Source: an uncultured delta proteobacterium (GTDB taxonomy: Bacteria > Desulfobacterota > Binatia > UBA9968). Taken from it: DNA of 64,000 nucleotides. Positions 62,522 to 64,000 of the stretch are shown piece by piece (the stretch's first letter is position 1; every line of letters begins with the position of its first letter). The position numbers were made by a program, and so were the translations under genes. The stretch spans positions 448,001-512,000 of the forward strand of contig CAVSHR010000005.1 of assembly GCA_963727625.1 (NCBI GenBank), given 5' to 3'. The notes beneath the pieces are model-generated. The model made no database searches. It saw nothing but the letters and a program-made list of their open reading frames with translations, and was not told the origin of the DNA.

Positions 62522-64000
62522 ATGAAAGTCGTCGATGCGATCGCCGAAATCCTCAAGCGTGAGGGAGTTGAATTTCTTTCCTGCTATCCGACCAACACAA
62601 TGATCGAGGCCTCGGCCTCGGCGGGCATCCGCCCGATCGTCTGCCGTCAGGAACGCGTCGGCGTCGGCATCGCCGACGGTTTCACCCGCGTCACCAACGG
62701 CAAGCGCATCGGCGTCTTTAGTATGCAGGCCGGTCCCGGCGCGGAGAACGCCTACTCCGGCATTACCACGGCCTATTCCGACTCCGTGCCGATTCTGCTA
62801 TTGCCGGTCGGCCACGCGCGCAATACCTCGCAGGTTTTTCATTTTTTCCGCTCTACACAAGCCTACAGGCCTGTCACCAAGTGGACCGAGGAGATTACGC
62901 TAGCCGATCAGGTGCCTGAAATCATGCGGCGCGCGTTTAGTTATCTAAAAATGGGACGCCTGGGGCCAGTGCTGGTGGAAATACCGAATGACGCCGCGAT
63001 AGAAGATTTCCCCTTATCCACGATCAACTACACGCCTGTCAAAAAAACCGTCAGCGGCGCCAACACACGCGATATCGAAGCGGCGGCAAAAGTCTTGGCT
63101 CAAGCCAAGGCGCCGGTCATCGTCGCCGGCCAGGGCGTGCTTTACGCCGAAGCGTCGGACGAATTGGTCGAGCTCGCCGAGCTGCTCGGCGCACCGGTGA
63201 CCACGCCGCTCGAAGGCAAGAGCGCCTTCCCCGAGGATCACCCGCTCGCGCTTGGCACCGGTGCGGGCGTGATGCCTCGGCCGGTGCATACCTTCTTGCA
63301 GAAGGCTGACGTCGTCTTTGCCGTGGGCGCCAGCTTGACCAAACACAACATCGTCGCCGCGCCGATCCCTGCCGGCAAGACGATCATCCATGCCAGCAAC
63401 GACGAGCGAGACATCAACAAACACTACGCCGCGGATTATCCGATCCTCGGCGACGCCAAACCGGTGTTGCGCCAGTTCATCGAAGCCGTCAAAGACGCCC
63501 TCGGCAACCGAAAGTGTGACGCGGCCGGGCTTGCGGCAGAGATCAAGAATGGCAGGGAAACTTGGCTAGCCGAGTGGCTGCCCAAGCTGACATCCGAGGA
63601 AAAGCCGCTCAATCCCTATCGCGTCATGTGGGAGTTCATGAACCTATTCGATCGCAAAGATATGATCGTCACCCACGACGCCGGCAGCCCGCGCAACCAG
63701 CTTGTCCCCTTCTACCGAGCGCCGACGCCGCGGAGCTATCTGGGCTGGGGAAAGTCCCATGCCCTCGGCACCGGACTTGGCCTGATCATGGGCGCCAAGC
63801 TCGCCGCCCCAGAAAAGTTCTGCGTCAACTTCATGGGCGACGCCGCCTTCGGCATGACGGGTCTGGATTTCGAAACTGCGGTGCGCAACAACATCCCGAC
63901 CCTAACCATCGTTTTGAACAATAATTTCATGGCCGCCGAAACCCACAGCATGCAGGCGTCGCACGAGCGTTACGGCACCATGAACATCCTCGGCAACTAT
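62522..64000 (+). CDS. Thiamine-diphosphate-dependent enzyme (acetolactate synthase-like), 3'-partial
   Basis: Missing from the ORF track because it runs off the end; MKVVDAIAEILKREG, CRQER, GPGAEN, and MGDAAFG...IVLNN in the same frame. Confidence 0.9.
   Translation, partial: MKVVDAIAEILKREGVEFLSCYPTNTMIEASASAGIRPIVCRQERVGVGIADGFTRVTNGKRIGVFSMQAGPGAENAYSGITTAYSDSVPILLLPVGHARNTSQVFHFFRSTQAYRPVTKWTEEITLADQVPEIMRRAFSYLKMGRLGPVLVEIPNDAAIEDFPLSTINYTPVKKTVSGANTRDIEAAAKVLAQAKAPVIVAGQGVLYAEASDELVELAELLGAPVTTPLEGKSAFPEDHPLALGTGAGVMPRPVHTFLQKADVVFAVGASLTKHNIVAAPIPAGKTIIHASNDERDINKHYAADYPILGDAKPVLRQFIEAVKDALGNRKCDAAGLAAEIKNGRETWLAEWLPKLTSEEKPLNPYRVMWEFMNLFDRKDMIVTHDAGSPRNQLVPFYRAPTPRSYLGWGKSHALGTGLGLIMGAKLAAPEKFCVNFMGDAAFGMTGLDFETAVRNNIPTLTIVLNNNFMAAETHSMQASHERYGTMNILGNY

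Overview
GC-rich bacterial chromosomal window. The many orphan ABC/TTT substrate-binding proteins, F420-type enzymes and aromatic catabolic genes suggest Candidatus Binatia/Binatota or a related deltaproteobacterial lineage (inference only). No rRNA, tRNA or CRISPR array was seen. Main points: (1) an archaeal-type topoisomerase VI operon (top6B-top6A); (2) an AT-richer accessory island at about 26-33 kb with a two-HKD phospholipase D gene, a diverged copy of its 3' end, and a Helicase-DUF2290 anti-phage pair whose helicase is split at Walker B by an apparently intact IS630 element, nested among REP-like motifs and degenerate RAYT-like transposase tails; (3) a cluster I do not recognise at 52.5-59.3 kb: beta-propeller, ferritin-like protein with degenerate ligands, ferredoxin, intact ferritin-like diiron protein, ferredoxin, DUF3500, Cys-less isochorismatase, HEAT-like protein and beta-propeller, next to maiA, a Rieske oxygenase and a ThDP enzyme; (4) several gene remnants and periodic 6/7/9-mer intergenic repeats. 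Family calls come from motif recognition by eye, not database searches.
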